Source: Candidatus Omnitrophota bacterium
GTDB taxonomy: Bacteria > Omnitrophota > Gorgyraeia > Zapsychrales > Zapsychraceae
DNA length: 64,000 bases
Reading direction: 5' to 3'
NCBI GenBank assembly: GCA_029261055.1
Contig: JAJDCA010000014.1
Location: 5,295-69,294 of the forward strand
The notes under the pieces were generated by a model, which had not been told where the DNA came from, did no database searches, and worked only from the letters and a program-made list of their open reading frames with translations. This document shows, piece by piece, positions 1 through 8,893 of this stretch; position 1 is the first letter of the stretch, and every line of letters starts with the position of its first letter. The position numbers were made by a program, and so were the translations under genes.

Positions 1-98
1 AGATGTGAGTCAATAGTGCACAAATTCACATAGAATTTTGTGTAAATTTATGAAAATATACTAACCAAAGCTTTGTTTAATCGAAGTTTTACCTGGAT

Positions 99-434
99 TT
101 GTGCACTAGCATGGAATTTTCTTACGGAAATGGGACCTATCGTGAAGGTTCAAAGCGTATGGACGGGGAGATTGTTCTTGGTGAACATAAATTGTATTTA
201 AGGACGTCTGAAGGGGATTTAGCGCAGACGTATGTGCCTTTGGAAAAAATAGAGAAGGTTACAAAAAGGGGAAGTAGTGCCGAGTTTCATGTCAGGCCTT
301 CCTTATCTTTTCGTTACATTGCCATGATTCAGGGCGAATCTAAGTACATCGTTGAACTTATTAAGGACATTGTCCAGAGGCGAGGCTTAAAAAAGAAATT
401 CTTAAGAAAAGAATGGATTGATGAGACGGTATGA
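99..434 (+). CDS. hypothetical small protein (111 aa; start may be the ATG at 111)
   Basis: Intact ORF with no recognisable motif. Its stop overlaps the start of a downstream 58-aa ORF (ATGA overlap). Confidence 0.35.
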   Translation: MCTSMEFSYGNGTYREGSKRMDGEIVLGEHKLYLRTSEGDLAQTYVPLEKIEKVTKRGSSAEFHVRPSLSFRYIAMIQGESKYIVELIKDIVQRRGLKKKFLRKEWIDETV

Positions 435-607
435 ATACTAAGAAATTTATTATTATTACATTTATCCTATGCGCTGTTTTTACACAAAGCGGCTGTGCTT
501 TGCTTAATGTCCCTTTGGCTTTGGCAGGTAAAACTTTTTCCCTATTGAAACAAGTTATCGGGGTTGTCGACAAACTTCCCAAACCACCACCGTGGGTGTT
601 TTTGTAA
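431..607 (+). CDS. small hydrophobic / lipoprotein-like peptide (58 aa; below the ORF-track cutoff)
   Basis: ATG at 431 overlaps the upstream stop (ATGA). N-terminus MNTKKFIIITFILCAVFTQSGC resembles a signal peptide plus a Cys lipobox-like site. Ends just before a strong palindrome. Confidence 0.3.
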   Translation: MNTKKFIIITFILCAVFTQSGCALLNVPLALAGKTFSLLKQVIGVVDKLPKPPPWVFL

Positions 608-712
608 CGGTTAATACTTTTCCTGGCCCTTCAAATCATTACTTAAAACTTTAGAAAAAAAATAAAAACAGTCTTTAGTCATCAAATATGAAATTTATGT
701 ATTTCTACGCCA

Positions 713-757
713 AAATCCAGGCTCACAGGCTCCGCGGAGCCTGTGAGCCTGGATTTT
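713..757. terminator. 45-nt perfect palindrome: 22-bp GC-rich stem flanked by A-run and T-run, a bidirectional rho-independent terminator
   Basis: AAAATCCAGGCTCACAGGCTCC GC GGAGCCTGTGAGCCTGGATTTT read directly from the sequence. Confidence 0.7.
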
Positions 758-824
758 AGTAGTAAATACGAAAAATCATGTTCAGCGGGATAAGAATTAA
801 GTTAGTTCAATCACTTCCCAAAAA

Positions 825-853
825 TTGACATCCCAATACATTTAGATTAGAAT
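825..853 (+). promoter_or_regulatory. sigma70-like promoter: TTGACA, 17-nt spacer, TAGAAT; -10 ends 9 nt before the ATG at 863 (near-leaderless transcript)
   Basis: Consensus -35 and a good -10 at optimal spacing. No Shine-Dalgarno sequence before the ATG. Confidence 0.5.
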
Positions 854-862
854 ACCCCCACT

Positions 863-1741
863 ATGTACGAAATCCTCAATAAACAAATTCTTGCCGAAGA
901 TGTGAAACGTTTGGATGTTTCGGCTCCTAATATTGCCAAGAAAATCCAGCCCGGTCAGTTTGTGAGTGTTTCTCCCGAGGAGGGAGATGAGCACATTCCT
1001 CTAAGTATTGTGGACACAGATCCTCAAAAAGGTGTTATTTCACTTATTTTTCAGGAAGTGGGTTTGACCACGGGCAAGTTGGGAACCCTTCCGATTAATG
1101 AATCCATTTTTTCGATTCTCGGACCTCTGGGAGTGCCGTCAAAAATTGACAAGAAAGGTGTTGTTGTATGTGTAGCGACGGGCGTGGGATCTGCTCAGAT
1201 TTTGCCGATATGCCGTGCGTACCGAAAAGCCGGCAATAAAGTGATCGGTATTATTGGGGCGAAGACGAAACGATCGCTGCTGCTGGAAGCCCAGATGCGG
1301 CTGTCATGTAATAAATTGTTAATTGCGACAAATGATGGTACGTATGAACGTCGTGGATTGGCTACAGATATTCTTAAAGAAATCGTGGCCCAACAAAAAA
1401 TAAATTTTGTGTATGCGATTGGATCGGTCGATATGATGCAGGCCGTGTGTGTATTTACGAAAGAAAAGAAAATTAAGACACGTGTGTATTTGAACCCGGT
1501 GATGGTGGATTGTATGGGGATGTGTGGATCTTGTCGGGTCAAGGTAGGTGGAAAGATTTTGTTGGCCTGTATTGAAGGTCCGGAATTTGACGGACATAAA
1601 GTAGATTTTCAGTATTTTAATATTCGGATGAAAGCTTTTGAGGAGTTAGATAGATGGGACAACCAGAAGGGGCTCTCCAGCCCAAAGAAAAGCGAGTCAG
1701 GAATTTTAACGAGGTTTCTCTCGGGTATTCTAAGAAAATAA
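863..1741 (+). CDS. nfnA: PyrK-like FAD/NAD(P)-binding, 2Fe-2S electron-transfer subunit (NfnA / sulfide dehydrogenase SudB-like)
   Basis: 292 aa. Ferredoxin-reductase-type FAD/NAD fold and a C-terminal Cys cluster (CMGMCGSC). Immediately followed by a GltD-like partner. Confidence 0.65.
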   Translation: MYEILNKQILAEDVKRLDVSAPNIAKKIQPGQFVSVSPEEGDEHIPLSIVDTDPQKGVISLIFQEVGLTTGKLGTLPINESIFSILGPLGVPSKIDKKGVVVCVATGVGSAQILPICRAYRKAGNKVIGIIGAKTKRSLLLEAQMRLSCNKLLIATNDGTYERRGLATDILKEIVAQQKINFVYAIGSVDMMQAVCVFTKEKKIKTRVYLNPVMVDCMGMCGSCRVKVGGKILLACIEGPEFDGHKVDFQYFNIRMKAFEELDRWDNQKGLSSPKKSESGILTRFLSGILRK

Positions 1742-3015
1742 GCACCGAAGAAGCTCGTCGTTGTCCGCAATGTGCCGATGCGGTATGTACAGCAGCGTGC
1801 CCTATTGGTGTGGATGTGCCTGGGTTTGTGCGTTTTCTTCGTGAGGGAAATTTGTCTGCCGCTTATGAACGCATAAAAGAACAAAATTGTCTGCCTGCAG
1901 TGTGCGGCCGGATTTGTTCCGCCCCGTGTGAAGCCGCCTGTGTATTGATGGAGGAAGAATCTCCGATTGGGGTGCGTGCCTTGGAGCGTTATGCCGCAGA
2001 TTTTGGAAAACCGCGTCTTTCCCGACGGGAACGTGTAGAGCGCAAAGGAAAAAAAGTGGCCGTGGTTGGTTCCGGTCCGGCAGGGTTAGCCGCTTCTGCA
2101 GATTTAGCCCGCAAGGGTTATCAGGTGACCATTTTTGAGGCTCTTGAAAAACCCGGCGGTGTTTTGCGTTATGGCATACCGGAATTTCGCATTCCACGGA
2201 AGGTGTTAGATGGGGAGATTAATGACATTAAAGCCCTGGGCGTTAATATTGAAACGAATTTTTTTATTGGGCAAACCGCTACCGTCGCTGATCTTAAAGA
2301 GCAAGGCTATGCCGCAATTCTTTTAACGACTGGCGCAGGAATTCCTCAATTTATGGATCTTCCCGGCACAAATTTTGGTGGAGTGTATTACGGCGAAGAA
2401 TTTTTGATGCGTGTGAATTTGATGAAGGTGAATATTTTTTCGCGCAATATTCCTAATTTTGTGATTGGTCCTAAAGTTGTCGTAATCGGGTCCGGCAATA
2501 CGGCTTTAGATTGTGCCAGGGCCAGCGTACGTTTTGGCCGGGAGGTAAAGCTGATTTTTCGTCGTACTGAAGAAGATATGCGTGTCCGACCGCAAGAACG
2601 TGAATATGGCAAAGAAGAAGGGATTCAGTTGGAGCCGCTCGTCCGTCCTGTCGAAATTCTAGCAGATCAGAATAATTTTGTAAGTGGTGTTAAATGTGTG
2701 CGTATGGATTATGCTGAAGCAGAAGAGAGTGATGCGTGGGAGCTCATGCCTGTTCCCGATTCTGAATTTATTATTGAGGCCGACACCGTGATTATCGCCA
2801 TCGGACATAAGCCCAATTCCATCATTAAGCGAACAACACCGCAGCTAAAATGTGACCCCGATGAAACCATTAAGGTTGATTCTGATACCCACATGACCGC
2901 CATCAAGGGCGTCTTTTCTGCAGGAAATGTCGTCACCAACGCCGGCCCTTTAGTTGAAGCCATTGCTTCAGGAAAAAGCGTCGCGGAAGACATTCATCAG
3001 TATTTGACAAAATAA
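1654..3015 (+). CDS. nfnB: GltD-like NADPH-dependent FAD oxidoreductase with two N-terminal [4Fe-4S] motifs (NfnB / SudA-like)
   Basis: CPQCADAVCTAACP and CGRICSAPCEAAC cluster motifs. GSGPAGLAAS dinucleotide-binding motif and a second Rossmann GxGxxA. The N-terminal region KRVRNFNEVSLGYS matches the family start, implying an 88-nt overlap with the upstream gene. Confidence 0.75.
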   Translation: MGQPEGALQPKEKRVRNFNEVSLGYSKKISTEEARRCPQCADAVCTAACPIGVDVPGFVRFLREGNLSAAYERIKEQNCLPAVCGRICSAPCEAACVLMEEESPIGVRALERYAADFGKPRLSRRERVERKGKKVAVVGSGPAGLAASADLARKGYQVTIFEALEKPGGVLRYGIPEFRIPRKVLDGEINDIKALGVNIETNFFIGQTATVADLKEQGYAAILLTTGAGIPQFMDLPGTNFGGVYYGEEFLMRVNLMKVNIFSRNIPNFVIGPKVVVIGSGNTALDCARASVRFGREVKLIFRRTEEDMRVRPQEREYGKEEGIQLEPLVRPVEILADQNNFVSGVKCVRMDYAEAEESDAWELMPVPDSEFIIEADTVIIAIGHKPNSIIKRTTPQLKCDPDETIKVDSDTHMTAIKGVFSAGNVVTNAGPLVEAIASGKSVAEDIHQYLTK

Positions 3016-3101
3016 CAGGCCTTCGGTAATTCTAAAACAGAAAGTGTGGACATTGTGTGTACTTTATGTTATCCTTTAATTAAGGAAAGGAGCTTAAAGT
3101 T

Positions 3102-3389
3102 ATGGAAAAAAATATTTACAAAGACAGTCGGATTGATCTTCGCATAGAGGTGGATCAAAAGAAATTTTTAGTTTACGCAGCATCTCTTCGTGATATGAAG
3201 CTTTCATCCTTTGTTGTGGCCAGCGCTTTAAAAGAGGCTGAAGAAATTGTGGCAGATAAAATTTCTTTTGCATTACCGGAAAAAAAATGGAAGGCCTTCT
3301 GTGCCGCGCTTGATCGTCCTGCGCGTACGATTCCAAAATTGAAAAAACTTTTTACTGATCCGAGTGTGTTTGATGCGGAAAAAGAATGA
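3102..3389 (+). CDS. DUF1778-type (TacA/AtaR-like) antitoxin
   Basis: 95 aa, preceded by a GGAAAGGAG ribosome-binding site. Overlaps the start of a GNAT toxin gene, the classic TacAT arrangement. Confidence 0.6.
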   Translation: MEKNIYKDSRIDLRIEVDQKKFLVYAASLRDMKLSSFVVASALKEAEEIVADKISFALPEKKWKAFCAALDRPARTIPKLKKLFTDPSVFDAEKE

Positions 3390-3885
3390 TCTTAGTCTTC
3401 CAGTTCTTTTGAAGAAATCGTATTCCGTGACAACATTTGATTGCGGCGTTGAAGTTCTTAACACGTACCTCAAACGATTTGCCTATGTGAATAATCAAAA
3501 CAGTTCATCGCGTACATATGTAGCCGTACGGGGGAAACACGTTGTGGGTTATTACACTGTAACCCCGGGGTCTGTAACAAAGGAAGAGACTCCTCTTCGC
3601 GTTGCCAAGGGGTTAGCCAATCATCCCGTGCCTGTGATTATTTTGGCCCGCCTGGCTGTTGATAAAACAGAACAAGGCGCCGGCTTAGGCAAAGGGCTTC
3701 TGCTGGACGCTTTAATACGTATTATTCGTGCTGCTGATAGTATTGGTGGCCGTGCAATTTTAGTACATGCCAAAGACTCTAAAGCTAAATTTTTCTATAA
3801 AAAATTTGGCTTTGAACCCTCCCCAATTGACCCTTTCCATCTGTATCTTCTTGTAAAAGATGTGAAACGTACTTTAAAATCATAA
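3373..3885 (+). CDS. GNAT-family acetyltransferase toxin (TacT/AtaT/KacT-like)
   Basis: FDCG near the N-terminus and the acetyl-CoA-binding region VHAKDSKAKFFYKKFGFE. ATG at 3373 (the track ORF begins with GTG at 3364) overlaps the antitoxin stop. Confidence 0.7.
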   Translation: MRKKNDLSLPVLLKKSYSVTTFDCGVEVLNTYLKRFAYVNNQNSSSRTYVAVRGKHVVGYYTVTPGSVTKEETPLRVAKGLANHPVPVIILARLAVDKTEQGAGLGKGLLLDALIRIIRAADSIGGRAILVHAKDSKAKFFYKKFGFEPSPIDPFHLYLLVKDVKRTLKS

Positions 3886-4024
3886 AAATTAATATTTTTA
3901 GAAGAATTCTATCATTATTTACTGCAATAGGTTGTGTAGATTTTGGGATTATTTACTTTTTGCTGTTCTTGTAAGTTATTATTCTTCAATGTATTATGAT
4001 TTTTTTAGCTGTGTTTTGGGCCCC

Positions 4025-4055
4025 TTGACACTTATCAAAAATATGTTATCTTTTC
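4025..4055 (+). promoter_or_regulatory. promoter of giant gene 1: TTGACA, 16-nt spacer, extended -10 TGTTATCTT. Contains a 16-mer, AATATGTTATCTTTTC, also found upstream of giant gene 2
   Basis: The motif at 4040-4055 is identical to 13629-13644. Confidence 0.5.
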
Positions 4056-4166
4056 ATTATCTGAACAAGAAAACGTTTTTTCTACAAAATTATGCCAATA
4101 ACCTGCCTTCCTATCGTCAGGCAGCCACGCCACGGATTGGTTGAATTTATCAATATTGGAGGAAAT

Positions 4167-7100
4167 ATGAGCATTTTTATAAAAAAACAACGCTTTTGTC
4201 TATTTTATAGGCTTTTATCTGCATTTATTGCCGTGGCATTCGTAACCACAACAATTATTCCGCGAGGATATGCAAATACAATGATTAATGGTCAGGGGTC
4301 AGTGCTCAGTCTTCCGATTCCCGGTACGATGGTCACGGCAAGTGAGGCGTTTGTGCCTACGCTGATTAAAGGGATTACGATTCATCCGGAGAATCCGTTA
4401 CAGTTCAATTTTATTGTAGATACGGGAAATACGGGCATGCAGCAAGGGAAGGTGCTTGAAGATGAAACGACCAAATTGGTGAAATATTTTTTGGCGGCAC
4501 TTACGGTACCGGAACAAGAGATGTGGGTCAACTTGAGTCCGTACGAAGAGAATCGTATTATTGCCGATGGCTTGGGCGATACTGAGTTAGGACGCGATAT
4601 GCTCGCGCAGGATTATTTGCTCAAACAATTGACTTCTTCTTTGATGTATCCGGAAGACGAATTAGGTGAAAGATTTTGGGATCGCGTGTATGCCCGTGCG
4701 CAAGAAGAATTCGGAACGACGGACATTCCGATGAATACGTTTAACAAGGTGTGGATTGTACCGGAGAAGGCTGTGGTGTTTGAGGACGAGAAGACATCGA
4801 GTACGTATGTGTTGGAGAGTCATTTGAAGGTGATGTTGGAGGAGGACTATGTTACGATGGAACATAATACGGATCGTAGGGGTCTGATTCATCAAACCCA
4901 GGACAAGGGCATGATAAATCATGCCCCTACGGATATCATCCGCGAAATCCTCATTCCCGAAATCGAACGCGAAGTCAACCACGGAAAAACCTTCGCCAAT
5001 CTCCGTCAAATTTACAATTCCATGATTTTAGCGACGTGGTACAAACAAAATCTCAAACAATCCCTTTTAGGGCAAGTTTACATCGACCAAAATAAAACCA
5101 AAGGCATCGACACCGAAGACAAAAAAATTACCCAAAAAATCTACAACCAATACGTCGAATCCTTCCAAAAAGGCGTCTACGACTACATCAAAGAAGATTA
5201 TGATCCCGTCACCCAGCAAATCGTTCCGAGAAAATATTTCTCGGGAGGATTATTAGGACCAGTTACATCAAATCCTGATTTTTCAATGGTTGTTTTAACA
5301 AATACGAAAGATATCGATAGAAGTTTGTTAGGTAAAAATCCGCAGTTTAGTGCTTTGTTTAATTTGGCAGATTTAGGGGGTGAGTCCAAAAGCATATTAG
5401 AAATCACACAAGCGGTCAATAATGCAACAATGATCGATAAGTATATGGTTAAGGAAAAAGTGTTGGATAAAGACGAAGCCATGACAGTGAAAGATGTATC
5501 GATGATGACGAAAAAAAAGGATGGAATAAAAAAAGTAATAAAAAGGGGAGAGATAAGAAACTTTCTTTTTTCCTTATTAGCAATTCCGTTGTTTTTTTCG
5601 ATTTTTATTCCTCCTGTAATTATTGTGCAGATGTTTGTTTCTGTAAATGATATGATGTCTCCTAATCCTTTTTTTCAAATAGAATCAGTGCAAACTAATA
5701 ATAGGCTAGAAGTACAAAATCCGTTTTCAGAAGATCTATTTAAGAAGACTATTAACGATTTGGAAAAATTTTTTCGGAGCGATAAGTCTGCAAATAAAGA
5801 ATTGAAATTCATGAAAATTAGTGAGTTTGTTGCACAATTGAAGTTTGCGCTACGAGATAATGTTAATCTTGATAATTTGAGTTGGGACATGGAGGATATT
5901 AACGAACCTCTTGTAACAGATAAAGATATATTTAACAATATTGCAAAGAGTACATCTAAATGGTTGGAAAATGCTAATGAGGAAACTCAAAAGAGGATAA
6001 TAAATCAACTTTTAGACGTTGAGGATCTTCATTATAGTAGTAAGTATAATTTTTTTAGGTCAATTGGGGGATACCTTAGAAAGCACGATCATGCCATGCT
6101 GGTCGCTCCCGAGATACGGTCAACGGTTAAGTTTCTTACGGAGACGATTGGTGAAGATGTGATGCTCGCGGATGTGCGTTTGCTTGATCAATTGAAAGCA
6201 ATAGAGAATGATGAAGAGTATCAGAATGAAGGCGGTCGTAAGAATTCCACAGGACGTGCGATTCATGACTTTATTGATGATTTAGAAAAAAAATTTGATA
6301 AGAATATGGATGTAATAAAAATGAACGAATTGGGTATTAATGTTGATGATGAAAAAAAGAAACTTGAGAATTGGCGCAATACGTTTCATAAGAAATATTA
6401 TGTTAATCAACGTATTGGATATGCAGGTATTTCGGAAGGAGAAAAGAAAAGTGCTATGAAGGTTATTAATGAAGTAAGTAGATCTTTAATAAAGAAATTC
6501 TTTAACCAATATATTGTTAAAAAGGGTAATAAGCTGATTAACACTAGGTTCTCAGCATCACAAGATCATACAATTCAACCTGAAAAATGGCATTCAGGTG
6601 GGTGGAGTGTAAAAGATAATTTCATTGGTGTTCCTCTCGCCATTGGTTCTTTGATTGCCTTGGAAAGAGAATACAAAAAGGGGGTGTATCGTGACATCAA
6701 TAACACTGGACAGGAGGTTGTCAACTTGGTGTTAGAAGAGTTTTATCAAATCAGACGATCAGAACGTGCTTCTGATTTGAGTAATGTGATTGGTCAAGTT
6801 TTGAATACGTACCGTAGGTATCAAAATTCGACAAATTCGATTGGTCAAGAAATTAAAGAAGATGCTGTTAATGATTTTCGGGATTTAGGAATAGATGAGA
6901 GTGAAATCAGGGAGTTGATCAAATCCAAAGATTCCTTCGGTGCCAAAATGTTGTACATAGCGAAACGTATCCTTTCGGATAATGTAAAAACAGACGAACA
7001 GGCTATTCAACATGCGATTAATGGGCTATCGATACCAGAGCTTGATATTCTTGATGAATTTATTGATGGTGTAGAAACGAAAGTTACAAAAGAAGATCCC

Positions 7101-8639
7101 GTATCTTTAGCAGATGTTTTAAATAAGGTTAGAGAAAAATTGGTTTATAAGTCAATCGTAAGGCCTAGGAAGCGTAATTATAGCATAATCATATCCGAAG
7201 ATTATGATTACGGATCTACTGACACGGATTCAGAGCTCAAAGAACGATTGATACGCCTCAATACAAAAAAAATGATCGCTGACAGGAAAAAAGAGTTAGG
7301 AGATAAGGCTATGGTGGCGGAAATGAAGGATATTGATAAGTTTCAGAAAGTCAGGGGTATTAATCTGGATGCTTCGATGATGGATGATGAAAGTTTGCGT
7401 AAAGAGATTAAGGTTGCTCTTGTGAATATGGATGAGCATATAAAAAAATGGGAAGGTGCGAAAAATGAGTTTCTTGAAACTTTAAATAAAATTTTGTATG
7501 AATATAGGGAGTATTCTGAAATAGAAAATAAGCTTGAGGGAGGTCTTTCAGAAAATGATGAGAAAAAGCAATATGATGTGAAGGATAGCGAAGAAAGTAT
7601 TTCTTTTTCACTAGGAATTAGTGACCAAATTAGGCTGGCGGTTGAAAGATTTTCCAACATAGTTTGGGATAAAGAAATAAAACAATATAATAGGGCAAAA
7701 CTTTGGGAAGGTGATGAGTCTCAAGGTGAGACTAATGAAGAAGAAATTGATAGAGTTCGTCAAGATGTGATAGAAATAACGCATATTGGTATTCAGGAAA
7801 TTATTAATAATATTTTAAAAGACCTGAGTAGTGAAGGTAAAGTTTTGAATTTAATAGAGCATTATTCTATTGTCGAGAAAGTATTAAATAATTTGATAAG
7901 TGAGGAGCCTACATTGAATGATGAGGTAGATTGGATAAATGTGGCATTAAGGGCTATTAATCGATTTAAAGAGATGACACAAAGATTAACGGTTGTTGAT
8001 CAAAATCTTAATATTTCAGGGGAGTCGGTTAACGATTCTGAAAAATATATTAATGAAAATGTGCTGGGACTTAAAAGGGATGCGAATACGTATATTTTGA
8101 AGATGTATTTAAAGTTTATGGGGATTGAAATAACAACCAATGCAGAATTATTTAATGAAGATGTAGATAGTTTTGGAAAGGGGCTTCTTGATTCATTGTT
8201 TAATGCTCTTAACGATAAAGATCATCCTATTAATAATGAAGGTTTTGGTCCATTTGATGATGGTATTGATTTAGAAGATGACGATTCTAATTTAGAAGAT
8301 GATCCTGATGTGGGTGATGATTCAATGATCACGCAAACTGTTAATCATATAAATAACCCTGGAGGTATCAACCTTGACGCGGCGATGTTGGATTTGCAGA
8401 TTAGGCGGGATGGGAATGGGGTGCCGTTGCCGGTTGCGGAGCAGGATTTTTCAACAATGCATATTGAAGGGTTTTTGCCGATTATGATAGATATGGCACC
8501 GGTGAGCATTCCTATGCTGCTCGGTTTCGCGGATGAAGATGGCGGCGTGCCGGTGACCGGTTGTCCTTCGGATGAAGAGGGAATCAATTGCAACCACGAT
8601 TTCATTTTAACCAAGCAGGAAGACGAGATATTTTTGTAA
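4167..8639 (+). CDS. giant secreted / membrane-anchored protein, paralog 1 (1490 aa from the ATG at 4167 with a GGAGG ribosome-binding site)
   Basis: Strong RBS plus an N-terminal hydrophobic signal or anchor. A ~330-aa N-terminal domain is shared with the protein at 13647-17357. An internal 28-aa hydrophobic segment, a long K/E/D-rich low-complexity core and an acidic D/E run follow. The C-terminal ~60-aa motif (GGINLD..LDLQ..HIEGFLP..PV) is shared with the paralog. Confidence 0.8.
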   Translation: MSIFIKKQRFCLFYRLLSAFIAVAFVTTTIIPRGYANTMINGQGSVLSLPIPGTMVTASEAFVPTLIKGITIHPENPLQFNFIVDTGNTGMQQGKVLEDETTKLVKYFLAALTVPEQEMWVNLSPYEENRIIADGLGDTELGRDMLAQDYLLKQLTSSLMYPEDELGERFWDRVYARAQEEFGTTDIPMNTFNKVWIVPEKAVVFEDEKTSSTYVLESHLKVMLEEDYVTMEHNTDRRGLIHQTQDKGMINHAPTDIIREILIPEIEREVNHGKTFANLRQIYNSMILATWYKQNLKQSLLGQVYIDQNKTKGIDTEDKKITQKIYNQYVESFQKGVYDYIKEDYDPVTQQIVPRKYFSGGLLGPVTSNPDFSMVVLTNTKDIDRSLLGKNPQFSALFNLADLGGESKSILEITQAVNNATMIDKYMVKEKVLDKDEAMTVKDVSMMTKKKDGIKKVIKRGEIRNFLFSLLAIPLFFSIFIPPVIIVQMFVSVNDMMSPNPFFQIESVQTNNRLEVQNPFSEDLFKKTINDLEKFFRSDKSANKELKFMKISEFVAQLKFALRDNVNLDNLSWDMEDINEPLVTDKDIFNNIAKSTSKWLENANEETQKRIINQLLDVEDLHYSSKYNFFRSIGGYLRKHDHAMLVAPEIRSTVKFLTETIGEDVMLADVRLLDQLKAIENDEEYQNEGGRKNSTGRAIHDFIDDLEKKFDKNMDVIKMNELGINVDDEKKKLENWRNTFHKKYYVNQRIGYAGISEGEKKSAMKVINEVSRSLIKKFFNQYIVKKGNKLINTRFSASQDHTIQPEKWHSGGWSVKDNFIGVPLAIGSLIALEREYKKGVYRDINNTGQEVVNLVLEEFYQIRRSERASDLSNVIGQVLNTYRRYQNSTNSIGQEIKEDAVNDFRDLGIDESEIRELIKSKDSFGAKMLYIAKRILSDNVKTDEQAIQHAINGLSIPELDILDEFIDGVETKVTKEDPVSLADVLNKVREKLVYKSIVRPRKRNYSIIISEDYDYGSTDTDSELKERLIRLNTKKMIADRKKELGDKAMVAEMKDIDKFQKVRGINLDASMMDDESLRKEIKVALVNMDEHIKKWEGAKNEFLETLNKILYEYREYSEIENKLEGGLSENDEKKQYDVKDSEESISFSLGISDQIRLAVERFSNIVWDKEIKQYNRAKLWEGDESQGETNEEEIDRVRQDVIEITHIGIQEIINNILKDLSSEGKVLNLIEHYSIVEKVLNNLISEEPTLNDEVDWINVALRAINRFKEMTQRLTVVDQNLNISGESVNDSEKYINENVLGLKRDANTYILKMYLKFMGIEITTNAELFNEDVDSFGKGLLDSLFNALNDKDHPINNEGFGPFDDGIDLEDDDSNLEDDPDVGDDSMITQTVNHINNPGGINLDAAMLDLQIRRDGNGVPLPVAEQDFSTMHIEGFLPIMIDMAPVSIPMLLGFADEDGGVPVTGCPSDEEGINCNHDFILTKQEDEIFL

Positions 8640-8692
8640 ATTGACATTTTGGTAATTTTTTGTAGAATGAGCTATACTTAAGTTGAGGTGAC

Positions 8693-8893
8693 ATGATGAA
8701 ATTTAAAAATATGACAGAAATATTTACGGTATATGAAAATCAGTGGGTTGCGCTAACTGATGACGACAAAATTATTGCTTCTGCAGATACTTTAGAATCT
8801 GTTTTAGAAAAGGCCTCTAAAAAAGGATATGATACTCCCCTCACTGCAAAAATCCCCGACTCTAAACACGAGTTTGTTTTATGTCATCTTTAA
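8693..8893 (+). CDS. small 66-aa protein of the kind found paired with retropepsin-like proteases (possibly DUF5678-like, family name from memory only)
   Basis: Its stop overlaps the start of the downstream protease gene. Ribosome-binding site GAGGTG. Confidence 0.45.
   Translation: MMKFKNMTEIFTVYENQWVALTDDDKIIASADTLESVLEKASKKGYDTPLTAKIPDSKHEFVLCHL

Noticed and set aside
1195-1884. Minus-strand ORFs 1195-1542, 1319-1597, 1609-1884 and similar antisense ORFs inside hsdR, nrdA, the giant genes and others
   Set aside because: These are shadow ORFs antisense to well-supported genes (nfnA/nfnB, hsdR, nrdA, giant genes). They have biased composition and no independent support.
3932-4144. 70-aa + strand ORF
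   Set aside because: It lies over the promoter, conserved 16-mer and 5' leader of giant gene 1. It has no ribosome-binding site and an AT-rich low-complexity translation, so it is most likely spurious.
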